Part shown: positions 37,318 to 49,700 of the stretch, in pieces | How positions within the stretch are numbered: position 1 is the first letter of the stretch | How the letters are laid out: each line of letters starts with the position of its first letter | Assembly: GCA_049999805.1 (NCBI GenBank) | Contig: JBNGIO010006303.1 | Location: 387,873-451,872 of the forward strand | Length of the DNA stretch: 64,000 bases | Direction of reading: 5' to 3' | Source: Folioceros fuciformis | Lineage: Eukaryota | Program-made: the position numbers and the translations under genes | Notes under the pieces: model-generated | What the model was told of the DNA's origin: nothing | Databases searched by the model: none | Seen by the model: only the letters and a program-made list of their open reading frames with translations

Positions 37318-38106
37318 CTATTCTAGTCTACTCTTCTCCGCAGCTTGCATACTCTTTAACTTTGCTGTCTCAATCTTCGCAAAGACCTCAAGAAACCTAG
37401 AAATAGTATCAATTATTCTATTAGGCCCGGATTCATCAGACCTACGCTTTCCAGTCTTGGCTTTCTTAGCTGTTATACCCTTCAACTTAGTTACCTTTGT
37501 TGTAGGAGATTCACCACATGCTTCTTCCGGTGGTGAAGAGGCTGGCAAGCTTTGTGAAACAATAGCCACAGGTGGAGGGTCCACCGTAGAAATAAAGGGG
37601 TCTTTAGCAGTGCTGAGAAGAATAGCAGCTTGCTCGGAGCAGCAATCTGAACTCGTCAAATCAACAAGCCCAGGATCTTGAGAGTTCGAAATTCCAACTA
37701 CCTTAGGATTGTCATTCATGAATGCATCCATGGCCTCCCAAAACACCCATTTCGAGGCATAGACCCCGGTTGTAAGCTTCTTTGCCTGTGCTTTATATTG
37801 CCGCTTCAAACTGTCCATCTTGTACCTACATTGAATTCCCGTAGGGTGAAAACCTTGCTACAGAGGAGAAATTAGCATGACAATGTTGTCACAGTGGTGG
37901 GCTGCCAAATTCCCCCGTCGAAGGTGCTCCATGTAGATGTCTTCAAAAGCTGCAATCAAGGCAAAAGTGCTGTCGACTGTCCATGCTGCAAGGTTGACCT
38001 TTGGCTTGGTGACAACCACAGGTGCTGGAGCTTGTGCTGTGAGTGTAGAGGGGGTTGAGAAGATAGTTGAGGAAATAGAGGAGTCCAGCAAGTTCGAGAG
38101 GTCCAT
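37318..38106 (-). pseudogene. Harbinger Myb/SANT-like (trihelix) DNA-binding ORF with one in-frame stop
   Basis: WTVDSTFALIAAFEDIY...RRGNLAAHH...*QGFHPTGIQCRYKMDSLKRQYK...SKWVFWEAMDAFM. TAG at 37858-37860, same frame on both sides. Confidence 0.85.
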
Positions 38107-38330
38107 TGTTCTTCAATGAAAAAAATTGAACCTAAACAAGGAGGAATGGCAATAGACCCAAGCCCAAGCTGCAAATGAGACCTGTCTAAGTTGCAATTGA
38201 GAATTGTCCAAACTGCAAGCAAGGCAACCGGCCTGCGGAGAGGACAGCTTGCGAGCAAGAACGACGTGCGAACAACGGTGTGAGCAACACAATTCTCGTA
38301 GGGCAGCAACGGAGGCAAGCTGCAGAAAAG

Positions 38331-38425
38331 GCGGACTGCAAAACCGCGATGAAGGCAGGCTACAAGGGAGGCGGGCTGCAAAACTACGATGAAGGCGAGC
38401 TACAAGGGAGGCAGGCTGCAAAAAA
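38331..38425. repeat. 40-bp tandem repeat (~2.3 copies) in the transposon's subterminal region
   Basis: gcgg.ctgcaaaac..cgatgaaggc..gctacaagggag at 38331 and 38371, partial at 38411. Confidence 0.8.
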
Positions 38426-39144
38426 GGCGGGGTCGGTGTTCCCATGAAGGGAAAACTAACTCGGTATGTAAAATGGTCATAATATTATAACTTACTAAAA
38501 CAGCAAACGGTCCATTGACAACAACCGCAGACGAAAGTTTAGATAGACCACCCTAAAAACAGGGTGATCTGATCTAGGGGGACGGACGGAGCATGCCACA
38601 CCCACAATGTAAACACTGCTTTAGTGCATAAGAAAGCTGAGAGGAATAACAATGGAAACTTTATTATAAAACAAATGAGATAGAAAAAGTCCACCCCTGA
38701 ACGAAAGGGACAAGCTAGTCAAAGGCACTTAAAAAGTAGGAACTGCCCCCGTGATCACCCTCTTATACTAATAGGGCAGTTAGGTGATGAGGGAAGCAAA
38801 GAATCTCAAATGCTACTTGTGGGTTTGTGAGGTAAGAAAGGTTGTCCATGTGTTCTAAATCCTTTACCAAAGCTTTGTCCACATTTTTTAGAATAAAAGT
38901 TTGAGCTCAACTCGCCACCCAAAAATATCAAGACATTGGGCACTATCTCCTTGCATATCGAAAGAGAAAGAAGCATGCTAAAAACAAGAACTGGACCCTA
39001 ACTTTAAAACTGAGGCAAGAGAGCTTCGCTTAATCTTGTATAACCCATGATCGTATAGCATTGTTTTTAGGGATTATTTTCTATTATTAAAAAAGAGATA
39101 GAAAGTCTTAGATTGGAAGAAATCTCAAAATGTCACAATAATAT

Positions 39145-39550
39145 GGAATAATAAAAGACCTACCCTCCACTGGTGCCAAAGAAGCCCTTTGGAATACTAA
39201 TAAAAGGCCTACTTACCACTGGTGCCAAAGAAGCCCTTTGGAATAATAATACAAGGCATACTTACTACTAGTGCCAAAGAAGCCCCTTCACCTTTAAATT
39301 GCCTTGGCTAATGCTCTTTCACCTTTAAATTGCNNNNNNNNNNTTCACCTTTAAATTGCCTTGGCTAATGCTCTTTCACCTTTAAATTGCCTTGGCTAAT
39401 GCTCTTTGCAAAGCAAATGAATACGCCTTGTCAAAGGAAGGCCACCAATAAAAAAAGGGAGAGAGAACATCCCACACCACCAAGGAAAGAGAGAGAACAT
39501 CCAACACCACCAAGGAAAGAGAGAGAGCATCCCACACAGGAAAGGAAAGA
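39145..39550. repeat. Cluster of three adjacent minisatellites (~49 bp x3; 31 bp x>=3 spanning an N gap; 30 bp x3)
   Basis: ggaata..aaa...cta....cactggtgccaaagaagccc (39145-39286); ttcacctttaaattgccttggctaatgctct (39287, 39318, 39344, 39375); ggaaagagagagaacatcc.acaccaccaa (39457-39540). Confidence 0.88.
39334..39343. other. Assembly gap (10 N)
   Basis: Run of n inside the 31-bp tandem repeat. Confidence 1.
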
Positions 39551-40310
39551 GGGACAACATTCATTCCTTATTAGGACTCTGATAAACCTTGGCCCACTCT
39601 TTGATAAACTGTGAAAAGTCCTTGGCCTTGGTTCCATGAGTCTAAGAGCAAGAGGATGATGGATTTCCCGATCTCTTATTAAAATTCATAAAATATTATT
39701 TTACATATCATATTATGTAAATGAAGGTATGGGTGTCTTAAAGCTCAAGTACCTGTCCAAAATAAAAGCTCCGATGGAACAAAATAGACATTCTAGTTTT
39801 GATAGGAGGTTTATTTTATTTATATTTTTATTATATGGGAAAGCTAGCATTTGTAAGCAGGCAACCCTGCTGAAGCTCATTGTCTCCCAGGTATGGCCGC
39901 CTCTGCTAAGCCAAGCTCACGGCACGCCACAGCAGACCGCCTAAGCTTGTTGATGTACAGGACTCACTGCTGAGTTCGCCCGTGGCTCGGATAATAATAT
40001 TTCTCTTCGCCTGCAAGTTTTGTCTATCTAAGGGAGGGATGGTGATGACGCTTGGAGCTGAAGGGACGGGGTTAACGCGTTTAACGCGGTCGCCCTGGCA
40101 CTAGCACTGGCGCTCACAGTTGGTCTGCTCTTCTCTACCAGGGCATATGGCGTCCGTGCCTGCGGCAGTACGAACCGACCAGGCACAGGCCGGGGAGGCG
40201 GCGACAGAGGCAGCAGCAGTACGCCCTTGCTGTGATTCCGATTCAGCAACCCAGACAGACAGAGCCTTTGAGCCTTACATCCTTCGATCTTTGGCGCCGG
40301 GTAAAGGAAA

Positions 40311-40715
40311 ATGGGGGATAGTGGTGGCGGGGGAGTGACGATCAGCACCGGACCGTTCGAGTCGTCGTACAACGGGCACGGCGCGCCCAGCCCCGGATTC
40401 ATCGTCGGCGTCGCTCTCTGGACCCTCTCAGCTATTGTGGGGGAGATCATGGTGATGTGTTGGTTGTTCCAGGACCTTGCCCAAGAAGATCCGTTCTTCT
40501 CTAGCAGCTCCATGTCTTGCTGGATTTCGATGTTCGCCTTCCTGTGGGTGGGCATAAGCAGCGTGCCTGGTATAGTTCTTCTGGCTGGGGGCCATCGTCC
40601 GACCGCCTTCATAGTCGGCATCGCCAGCCTGGGCTGCATTGCGCTCCCGTTGCTGATCTTCGTGCTAGCCCTTCTTGTCAATTGCGTCCGAAGACGGTGG
40701 CGGCGTACCCGGTGA
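40311..40715 (+). CDS. Small multi-pass membrane protein of unknown function, copy A (134 aa if unspliced)
   Basis: About three hydrophobic segments and a basic RRRWRR tail. Differences from copy B include many synonymous third-position changes and no indels. Confidence 0.7.
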   Translation: MGDSGGGGVTISTGPFESSYNGHGAPSPGFIVGVALWTLSAIVGEIMVMCWLFQDLAQEDPFFSSSSMSCWISMFAFLWVGISSVPGIVLLAGGHRPTAFIVGIASLGCIALPLLIFVLALLVNCVRRRWRRTR

Positions 40716-41481
40716 TCGGCCAATTCGACTCCTTCTCGTGCGACGTGTAGCACATTGCATTCCTTCAGGACCTACATTCTTCCATCCCTCGCAGCTGGTT
40801 GCGCTTCAGGATACAAGGCGAGGGTCTGTGTTTGCCACATCCGATTTGAGAGGGTATGAAGTCCGCAGTACAGTCTCCAGCATACGCGTCATGTGGCCAG
40901 GACATTCTGCGTGCCTTAATTGCTACTGTCCCCGTCTTGCCACGTTTACGCGGCAAGAGAAGCCGTTGCAAGTGCTGTACTCCTTCACGACGTAATGTAG
41001 AGTGTTCAGAGTGTTCTAGTTTTGATAGGAGGTTTATTTTATTTATATTTTTATTATATGGGAAAGCTAGCATTTGTAAGCAGGCAACCCTTAAGCTCAT
41101 TGTGTCCCAGCTATGGCCGCCTCTCCTCAGCTAAGCTCACGGCTACCCAGCCGTACGCCACAGCAGACCGCCTAAGGTTGTTGATGTACAGGACTCTATG
41201 TCAGCGAGGGACGGTGATGACGATTGGGCTTGCAGGGACGCGGGGTTAGGGTTTAGGGTCCCGCCCTGGCCCTGGCCCTGGCGCTCACAGTTGGTCTGCT
41301 CTTCTCTACAAGGGCGTATTGCGTCCGTGCCTGCGGCAGTACGCGCGACGACCAGGCACAGGACGGGGAGGCGGCGGCAAAGGCAGCAGCAGTACGCCCT
41401 TGCTGTGATACCGATTTGGCAACCCAGCTAGAGCCGCCTTGCGCATTACATCCTTCGAGCTTCGCCGCCGGGTAAACGAAA

Positions 41482-41886
41482 ATGGGGGATATCGGTGGCG
41501 GGCGAGTCACACTCAGCACCGGACCGTTCGAGTCGTCGTACAATGGGCACGGCGCGCCCAGCCTTGGTTTCATCGTCTTCGTCGCTCTCTGGACCCTCTC
41601 AGCTGTTGGGGGGCAGATCATGGTGTTGTCGTGGTGGTTCAGAGACCTTTTCCAAGAAGATCCGTTCTTCGCTAGCAACTCCATGTCTTGCGGTATTTCG
41701 GTGTTCGCCTTCCTGTGGGTGGGCATAAGCAGCGTGCCTGGTATAGTTCTTCTGGCTAGGGGCCATCGTCCGGCCGCCTTCATCGTCGCCGTGGTCAGCT
41801 TGGGGTGTGTTGCGCTCCCGCCACTCTTGTTCATGCTAGCCCTCCTTGTCATGTGCGTTCGAAGACGGTGGCGACGTAACTGGTGA
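41482..41886 (+). CDS. Small multi-pass membrane protein of unknown function, copy B (134 aa if unspliced)
   Basis: Same length, start and stop as copy A; conserved GPFESSYNGHGAP and FAFLWVGISSVPGIVLLA. Confidence 0.7.
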   Translation: MGDIGGGRVTLSTGPFESSYNGHGAPSLGFIVFVALWTLSAVGGQIMVLSWWFRDLFQEDPFFASNSMSCGISVFAFLWVGISSVPGIVLLARGHRPAAFIVAVVSLGCVALPPLLFMLALLVMCVRRRWRRNW

Positions 41887-42094
41887 TCGGCCAATGCGAC
41901 TCGTTCTCGTGCGGCATGTAGCATATTGCATTCGTTCAAGACATACATTTTTCCATCCTTCGCAGCTGCTTTCGCTGCAGGATACAAGACAAGTGTCCGT
42001 GTTTGCCACATCCGATTCGAGGGGGTATGAAGTCCGCAGTACTGTTTCAGACCACAGCAAACGCGTCATGTGGCCAGGACATTCTGCGATGCCT

Positions 42095-44061
42095 TCATTG
42101 GTACTGCCCCGTCTTGCCTCGTACAAGCCGTTGCAAGTGCTGTACCCCTTCACGACGTAAGGTGGAGTATTCAACTCCAGCTTTGTGTGCAGCCATCACA
42201 CCGATGGCTTCTAAGTAGTTGTCCACCTTGACCTGTTTAGTGCAACACATGTGAGCGACGTCCAGATGAACCTTTTCTTACTTGCTCCATCAAAGATCTC
42301 TCACCGCATCCAAATCCAGCTTCTGTGGTGTATCATCAAGAACCGTTTCATTTTCGTCCACTGCTATAAGCAAAGGCTGTTACACATGTGAACGGGGGAC
42401 AAGGAGCGCATTCGTGTGGGACGTGAGGGTCTGATACCACGCGAGACAAACAAGGAAGAAGTGGCAGGTCAGGGTGCAGGGGAGTCGTACCTTCCGCACT
42501 CTTTGGCTACAAAAAGCTAGAGTTCCAGGACCTCCACATGCGTTTCCCGGAACAATCACACAGTCCACATCATCTGCCCAGATGCTCCTTCCACTGCTTC
42601 TTCCGGGGAGGAGGGCATCCTCCTTCCTTGAAAACTGGGGGGCTTTGCTCAACCCAGCCAGGACGCAGGGAAGAAACGTGTACCCTAGCTGCACCCAAAG
42701 GAGATAACATAACATGTGAACAGGCCCATTTGTTGGCTCCCCACAACTCTTCACCGAGACAAAAACACACACACACCTCTTCTGCCGCGGATCGAGGAGA
42801 GATGGAAGCATCCAATGGCAACGGGGACAGAGCGGGCGCATGGGCGCAAGGTATCCCGAATTCTTTCACAATCATGTGGCTGATGATCGCCTCAACCCCT
42901 GCCAAGGCATCAACACCCTGTGCGGTGCAACGGCAGAAAATGAAGTGAGCATGGTGCAGCTGCTGCTGAGTTAGCAAGAGTGTACAACGACACCGCACCA
43001 CCAACCTGGCCCTGCCTGTAATCCTCCAGTTCATCCAGTGAGTCATCAGGGAAGCGCGCCACCACTGCAACTGCATCGACTCCGCTACTCTTGATCAAGG
43101 AATCCACGGCTCGAAGAAGTGAATCAGGTCGTCCCAGGCGACCAGTTGACACTCCAGTCTTCCGGTCGACCCACTTCTCCACCTGCGCCGCTTTAGGTCA
43201 GGTATTCGCTTCGCCGGCAACCAGCAGCGCCAGAATGCAGCACATGCCCAACAGAGGGACACAGGCACACGGCGACAAAGCGAGGCACCTGCAATGGCTC
43301 GTCCGTAACAACGTACTCCAGAACGGTCAGACCCAAAGTGGCCCGCACAGCATCGGCAACCTGGAGGTGCCGCAGCCGCAGCTCCTCCTCTACACCCGCA
43401 TCCAGAACCAGGCCAACCTGCGATTCACGCAACAGAGACGCAACTGCTGGTCAGAAGGAGCGCAGGTAAGAGCTCTGGCAGCAGGGGATGACCACCACAT
43501 TCCCCTCCACTACCTATACCCACTCTGTTCTGATGCACAGGCACAAGACCCCATCCCCCTGCTGCAAACTGGTCCAGAGCGTAACCTTCCACGTAGAGAG
43601 CGTTGGGCAGCGGCCAATACAACATGGCTCCGTTCAGCACCTGCGCATACCATCCATCCATCCACACATGAGCCGGCAGCTCCTTGCGTCCAGTAACGCC
43701 CACAACAACTGACAGGACAAGAGGACGAGTAGATGAATCCCACATTGGGGTGGGTGATGAGGCAGTCGGCCACCGAGGCCATGGCTCGGGCAACCGGGAG
43801 CGCATCCCCCGCGTACCCACCGATGCTGGCTCCCGTGCCAGTGGGCACGATCAGAACAGCAGTGTAAGGCCTTCGGGCAATGCTGCCGCCCACAGCATAT
43901 GCCAAGACGGCACCTCGTCTGCCTGCTCCCCATTTCGTCACTCGCACGCCTAGGTGCAGGCGCTGCCTGGGCAGCGCGGGCCAGGGTCGAGGCCGGGGCC
44001 AGGCCGAAGCCCAGTCTCGGGACCAGAAGCAGGGAACGGCGGTTGCCACCATTTTGTCCAT
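42095..44061 (-). CDS. DUF3326-family plastid-targeted protein (cyanobacterial-type), multi-exon
   Basis: RRPYTAVLIVPTGTGASIGGYAGDALPVAR...ITHPN|VLNGAMLYW...YVEGYALDQF; GVDALAGVEAIISH; ISPRSAAEE|LGYTFLPCVLAGLSKAP; last exon VKVDNYLEAIGVMAAHKAGV...GQYQ* (stop 42095-42097). Confidence 0.88.
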
Positions 44062-45076
44062 TTCTGGCTCGAAGACTAGACTATCTAGCAACTGGACTCT
44101 CTTGTCCACATGGATAAGATCTGTAAATTGCAGGCGGTGACTCGAGGTGGGTAGAATTCCTGCAACCGCACCCTGTGTGAACAACCCCCGACAACCTACC
44201 CGGCAGCGGGAGCCGCAGCTGTAGTGACAGTGGCCGCCTGCGCTGGGCAGTGGAACGCACACATGTACAGATCTTTCCGTTTGGCAAGGGCAGTGTAAAA
44301 ACGGACAATGGGCGGACTGCGGTTAGGGCAACAACGCTAACCACCTCCACGCTCGGTGCATGCTCTCTGCAGCAGGGCCAGGCCTGCTTGTTGCTCCCCC
44401 CCAGTTTGGCGTAGGCGTAGGCGTAGGCCTTCCTTCTCTCCCGGACCAGTTGTGGCGTCCAGCCCCGCAGGCTCAATCACATCCTGCTTGAATTTGGCAT
44501 TTATCCATTTGTCCTTACCGGCTTTTACGGCATCCTGACCGGGATCGGCCCCTCTGCTGCCTTGGTATTTTCTAACACCCTCTGCTTCCCCGAGCTCTCA
44601 TTTTCGTGATTGGTTATCGTTTTCCTGCATGCTTTGAAGGTATCCATGCCCACGTCTTAATTCAATGAAGTTCTGTCCCAGCAATCGGTGTTGTGTGTGT
44701 GTTTTTGTGAGTGTCTAGGTGTGTGTCCAGTGAAGTAGTGGCTGTGAAATTTGGCATGACAACCCTGTTTATAGCACAATTGAGTTGGCTTCATTGTTAG
44801 TACCTGTCAGTAGGCCGAGCTAGTGCTATCGTCTTTATCAGAGCGTGGTGATCGTGACGTGACTCAGTATATCCCAAGGGTACATAACGTACTGCGGCGG
44901 AGATAATGGTCTGGTCGAGCAATGCCATCGTGATTGCACAGTAGGTGGGAGTTACTCATGTTTGGTAGTTACGAGGGAAGGCTTTTTGCTTGCCTCTTCA
45001 GCTTCTTTCACAACATGGTTTCCTGTGCTTTTCTCAACAGGCTGACCTGACCTGAGAGGCGCTCTCCAAGTCTTGT

Positions 45077-46743
45077 ATGGCTGGAAGGTCCAGGATGCCT
45101 CCCCCGCATATAATCAATCCTGGTGTCAGAGGTCCTCCTCCAGGCCCCGGCATTATGCGTCCTGGTCCAGGCGGTCCATATCAAGTTCGGCCGCAGATAG
45201 TTGCGCCTCAGCAAGTAATGGGTGGTGCTCCTCCTATCATCCTAGAGCAGAAGATCGCCACACAGAATGCTGAGATTCAAAGGCTGTTGACTGAAAACCA
45301 GCGGCTAGCGGCTACTCACGTGGCTCTCAGGCAAGAGCTTGCAGCTGCACAACAAGAGTTGCAGCGGTTGAACCAGATGTGGAAAGTACTCCAGAGTGAG
45401 ATGGAGCGACAAATAAGCACACTTGTTGATAAGAATAACAAACAGGAAGCGGAACTCAGATCCTCGGAGGCAATCAAGTCCGATGTAATGCAGCTGCGGG
45501 CTGACAACCAGAAGCTTCATGCCGTAAGAACAGAGCTTATGCAGCAGGTCCAGCAGGTCACAGCGGAACTACAGAGGCTACGCTCTGATGGTCAGCAAGT
45601 AGCAGCTCTCAGGACTGAGAATGAAGGGTTACGACAAGAACTGCAGAGAGCAAGGTACTACTAAGATATGCACATCCCTGTTGCCTTGTACCAGATTACG
45701 AGTTCATCTTGCAGCATCGTAATTGGGACTAATCCAGAAGCTCAGAAATTTGGATGGAACTTTTATGACATTGCTCCTGTGTTCACCTAGGACGGCATTG
45801 GACTATGAGAAGAAAGCAAACAGTGAACAACTAGAACAGAGACAAGCAATGGAGAAAAATCTGGTTTCAATGGCGAGAGAGGTTGAAAAGCTGCGTGCAG
45901 AATTAACAAATGCAGAGAAGAGAGCCCGTGTCAACACTACTACTGGTGACCCGACTGCAAGTTTGGTTCTTCTCTCTGCAGAATTGAGCATTGTTCTTAG
46001 CCTGTCTTACAGTTGGTCTCTCTCACAGCTGTTGGGACTTACAACGGGGGATATGCTGCTTCAGATATTACGTCCTATGGATCTGTACCTCAGGGAATTT
46101 ATGCTGATGGCTACGGCATCCACCAGGTTAGTTAGGCTTTTCCACCAAGTCTAGTAGCACTAGTGTAACTCTAGAGTTTGTAAGTTGGTGTCGTTTGGTC
46201 TCCATTTGGATTTATAAGCGACTGTCTTCTTAGTGCATGTGAAAGAGGTTATCCTTGCATCCCCCTTTCCCTCTTGTTTTCACTCTTGGCATGAAATTAG
46301 TCTTAGCCAACTACGGTCTTCTGGTCATACAACGTGGACACTTTTCAATTTTCTTTCACGTCCACAGTTGCCAGGAATTATACTGCTGCTTTTGAAGCTT
46401 GTCAAGCTTTTTGTGTAATCAACTCTGCTCTGAGTGATACATTTGTCTCTTCTTGGTGAAGTGATTTGAATGAGATTTTCGCCAACTTGAATCTCTTACA
46501 TCTATGTCAAATATTAACATAGGGCACAAGCAGTTCATTTGAGCTTCAACAAGCTCAAATGGTCTGGTTGTGAAGTTGTAGAAGGTTCTGTGTGGGATTG
46601 GATATGTTGATAGTATTTGTTGCACCTTTTGCTTTCAGATGCCAGTAGCGGTGGAAAACGGTGTGCAGTATTCCACTGGTCCAAATACTGCATGGGGAGC
46701 TTATGAGTTACAGCGCACTGGCATTCCTCATGTACGTAGATGA
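45077..46743 (+). CDS. FLX-like (FLL) coiled-coil protein, short isoform; exons 45077-45654, 45791-45945, 46029-46126, 46639-46743
   Basis: [41 protein letters not shown] and [18 protein letters not shown]...[32 protein letters not shown]. Gly/Tyr-rich exon, and a terminal exon AWGAYELQR...RR* typical of the FLX family. Confidence 0.88.
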
Positions 46744-49700
46744 GCCCAGGGATTGTTGTTAGGATACTGAGCAGCTGTGGTACAAGCTCCCATTTCCGAC
46801 AAAGTAGATGTTTTTGTGTATATTTTGACATACGGGATCTAGGCAATGGCAGGTTGCATAAGAACGTACATTGGTGAGGGAGTCTGCCATAGTTGAAGTT
46901 TTACCTCTTGGGTGCTCTAAGTTTCTGCTTGCATCGCTTTTGTTTTTGTGTGAGAGTCTTGTTACGTCTCTAGGACCCATTCAAGAGTTCTGTGGAGAGA
47001 GGAAGAGCCTAGGCATGATAGGTGTGAGGAAGCATCCTTCTCCTGCAGCTGTCGGTCTACATAGAATGTTATTCCAACTATGAGCATTGCTTCTGGTGAT
47101 TGAGAAGAAACTTGATGGCACTCTTGCTCCCATGACTTGTCTGTAATCACTAATCTTGTCTTCTCCCATGACTTGCTCCCAAACATGAGTATCCTGTGTG
47201 GTCGATTAAATATGGTCTGCTAGGATTGTCATTTTTTGTTTCTTTTGAGTCACAATGAAGCATGGGTTATGTATGTCGTCGAATGACTCGTGACTTCCAG
47301 TAGTGGAAAACTTTTGTGTCGCATGCTGATTGAAGACCGCACAGTATGAGTCTTTATCGGATGTTAAGCCATATGCTAGATATGTTTCAGTTCATGCTTA
47401 GTGTAGCCAAAAAAACTTGAGTGGAAGCAATCCATTAATTGTGCAATATACAGCAGATCGAGTATCCCTTGTCATTTGCTGTGAACATATGAAAATACCT
47501 CCCAAGACCCAGCTCACTCAGAAGGAGGTCTTGGTTGTGTGTTGTGGATATTTCATGAAATTTAAGCCTCTATAGCAGTGTATATACCTAACTACGTATA
47601 TGATATATTTATCTGCATACAGAATTTTGTTTCCTAGTATGTATGCATCTGTAGAGTCGTCACCTGTGCAGAGTCACGCTATTTAGTTCTGTCATGCTTA
47701 CTGTTGAGTACCTGCAACGAGGAACTTGCCAAAAATCGTGCAGAGAACTTGGAATTGTAACAAACAATTCATTTATACCACCTGTAGAGATAGCCTTGCA
47801 CTTGTATTCGTATTATGTTGTCTGTTTGTCATGGCACTCACACAGCAGGCAAACTCAAGAGCTATACTTCTTTAGGTTGGACACTTATAATATCAGTGCT
47901 TGTGTTTTTATCCTGGTTTGCTGTACTTGAAGCGCAGTAGCTGTAGCATTGTGTCCCAACTAGCAGAGTGATAGTGATGAACTTAGTGTAGATGCATCGA
48001 CTAGTTTGGGATCATGCCTGGTGAAATTAGCTACGAAATTTAAGGTCTCACTTGAATGTAAGCACAAGGCTGGATATAATTTTGCACAAGAAGGAAAACT
48101 GCTTTGGTAGCTGCTCAAGGACAAGATCAGGTCAGGGATGTTCCACCCTTACAAGAAAAAGAGACTTGCCATGGAAGACGAGTTGTGTGGTGCACTCCGG
48201 GCAGGTGGTGTGTTTTGCATATTTCTTGGGTACATAGTGATCTCTAATCCTGAAAGAACTTAATTTGAAGTCAAGTCTTAAGAATGCAAAATGGAGGATT
48301 ACTTGAGTCAGTATCAGTTTGTGCTTACTGTTTTGCATATGTGCCTGATTCTTGTCTGATTTCATGTCTTGACGTTTTCACCCAGGTGACCCACAGATCT
48401 GTTTCCATGTTGTTAAAGCTGTTAGAACTTGAAATCTGTCAGGTTTGCAATGTGACCCCACTTGTGTTGTGTTTGAAGTGTTCTCTCAGCCTTCTCTCAC
48501 AAAGAGAAATAGACCGTTATTTTTTCTCCGAAGTGCTGGAAATGGAAACTGTCATGTGCTGTCCTGCAGTGATTGTTGGATGTTGGGTAGATCAGAGTGC
48601 CTGCCCAGATTGGACATTGTTCCTCCAGTATGGAGGAACGTGACTTTAACGTTTTACTTCCAGTACGAGTAGCATCGTTGTACCACCGAATAGCATGCGG
48701 AGACAGTGCACGTCTGTTGTTATTGTGTCGTGTTGTTTCACGCTTTGTGCGTTTTAGATGAGGGTATGGTCTACAGCTCACAAGATGTGTGTGTAACAGT
48801 CTGTGTGTATGTTGTATGAGTTTTTGATAAAGTAGGTCATTTTTGTCAACTGTCAGGTTCATGTACGGAGGTTGGTGGTCGTAGTACATGTCCTATGTTA
48901 ACTTTTTGGGAAAGCTTCGTTCAAGTTTAAGCACCAAAGTCTGAGGTGTCACATGTTCACAGTCTTGTGGATTGGCGTGTCGCGACATATTGTTGAAGCA
49001 ATTGACCGATGAGATCTGCTGATGGGTGAACCGTCACATGTTTGCTGAAAGCGCTTACAAAGTTTGTGCATTGTACATGGCGCTGGGACTGCTAGATTTG
49101 TTGATTGAAGAACCTTTTTGTAGTCTTGTTTCCTGTTGCGTGGTTCCCTTTCTTGCATGCAATTGATCAGTACAATACTTAGTGCATTGAATTTGAAAAA
49201 GATAATTGGAAAGGATTCCTTTAGGAGATTCTCCTATTTGGATGACCAAATAACCACATCAAGGTGAATGGTAATGAGGGACCAACTTTGTATTACCTTG
49301 TAGATTCAGTGGAAGCTTCGGATGATGCTCACAGGTTCCCCACTTCATTTTTACTACCATGTCCCTGTATTACCATGGTTCTCGTTGCTCCACTGCAGTG
49401 GAAGAGACCGTGTGCATTGCATTATGACACTTCTTCCGGCTCATGGAGCTTTCTAATTTGCCACGCATCCGTTGCTTTGGTGGAGCAATTTGGAGGTTCC
49501 TCCATCAAAGTAGCACGTCAACTTGTATATGTGTAGTCTGCTCTCTTGACAATGGAGATTCCAAATAGCCATTAGTCCAGTGTATGGCCAAGTAGTTAAG
49601 TTACGACAGCTTGGATTGAATGCTTGCTTTGAACTGATCTACAGTCAAAATATGTGAACCTGAGTCTAGGGCTTCCTTGCTCAAGTCTTGTCTGTTGTGT

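Larger units (their letters stand above)
35130..38620. mobile_element. Decayed PIF/Harbinger DNA transposon (~3.5 kb)
   Basis: Convergent DDE transposase (+) and Myb/SANT-like ORF (-), the diagnostic pair. Imperfect TIRs AGTACTGTTTG (35130-35140) and TAAACACTGCT (38610-38620), flanked by TCA/TTA. GACGGACGGA subterminal motifs at both ends. Confidence 0.85.
39791..42172. repeat. Tandem segmental duplication, ~1.2 kb unit (A ~39791-41008; B ~41013-42172)
   Basis: Identical start 'ttctagttttgataggaggtttattttatttatatttttattatatgggaaagctagcatttgtaagcaggcaaccc' at 39791 and 41013; colinear through 'ttcacgacgtaa.gt.gagt.ttca'. Confidence 0.92.

Noticed and set aside
39145-39550. Short direct repeats as a CRISPR-like array
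   Set aside because: Head-to-tail units without unique spacers, no cas genes, eukaryotic context.
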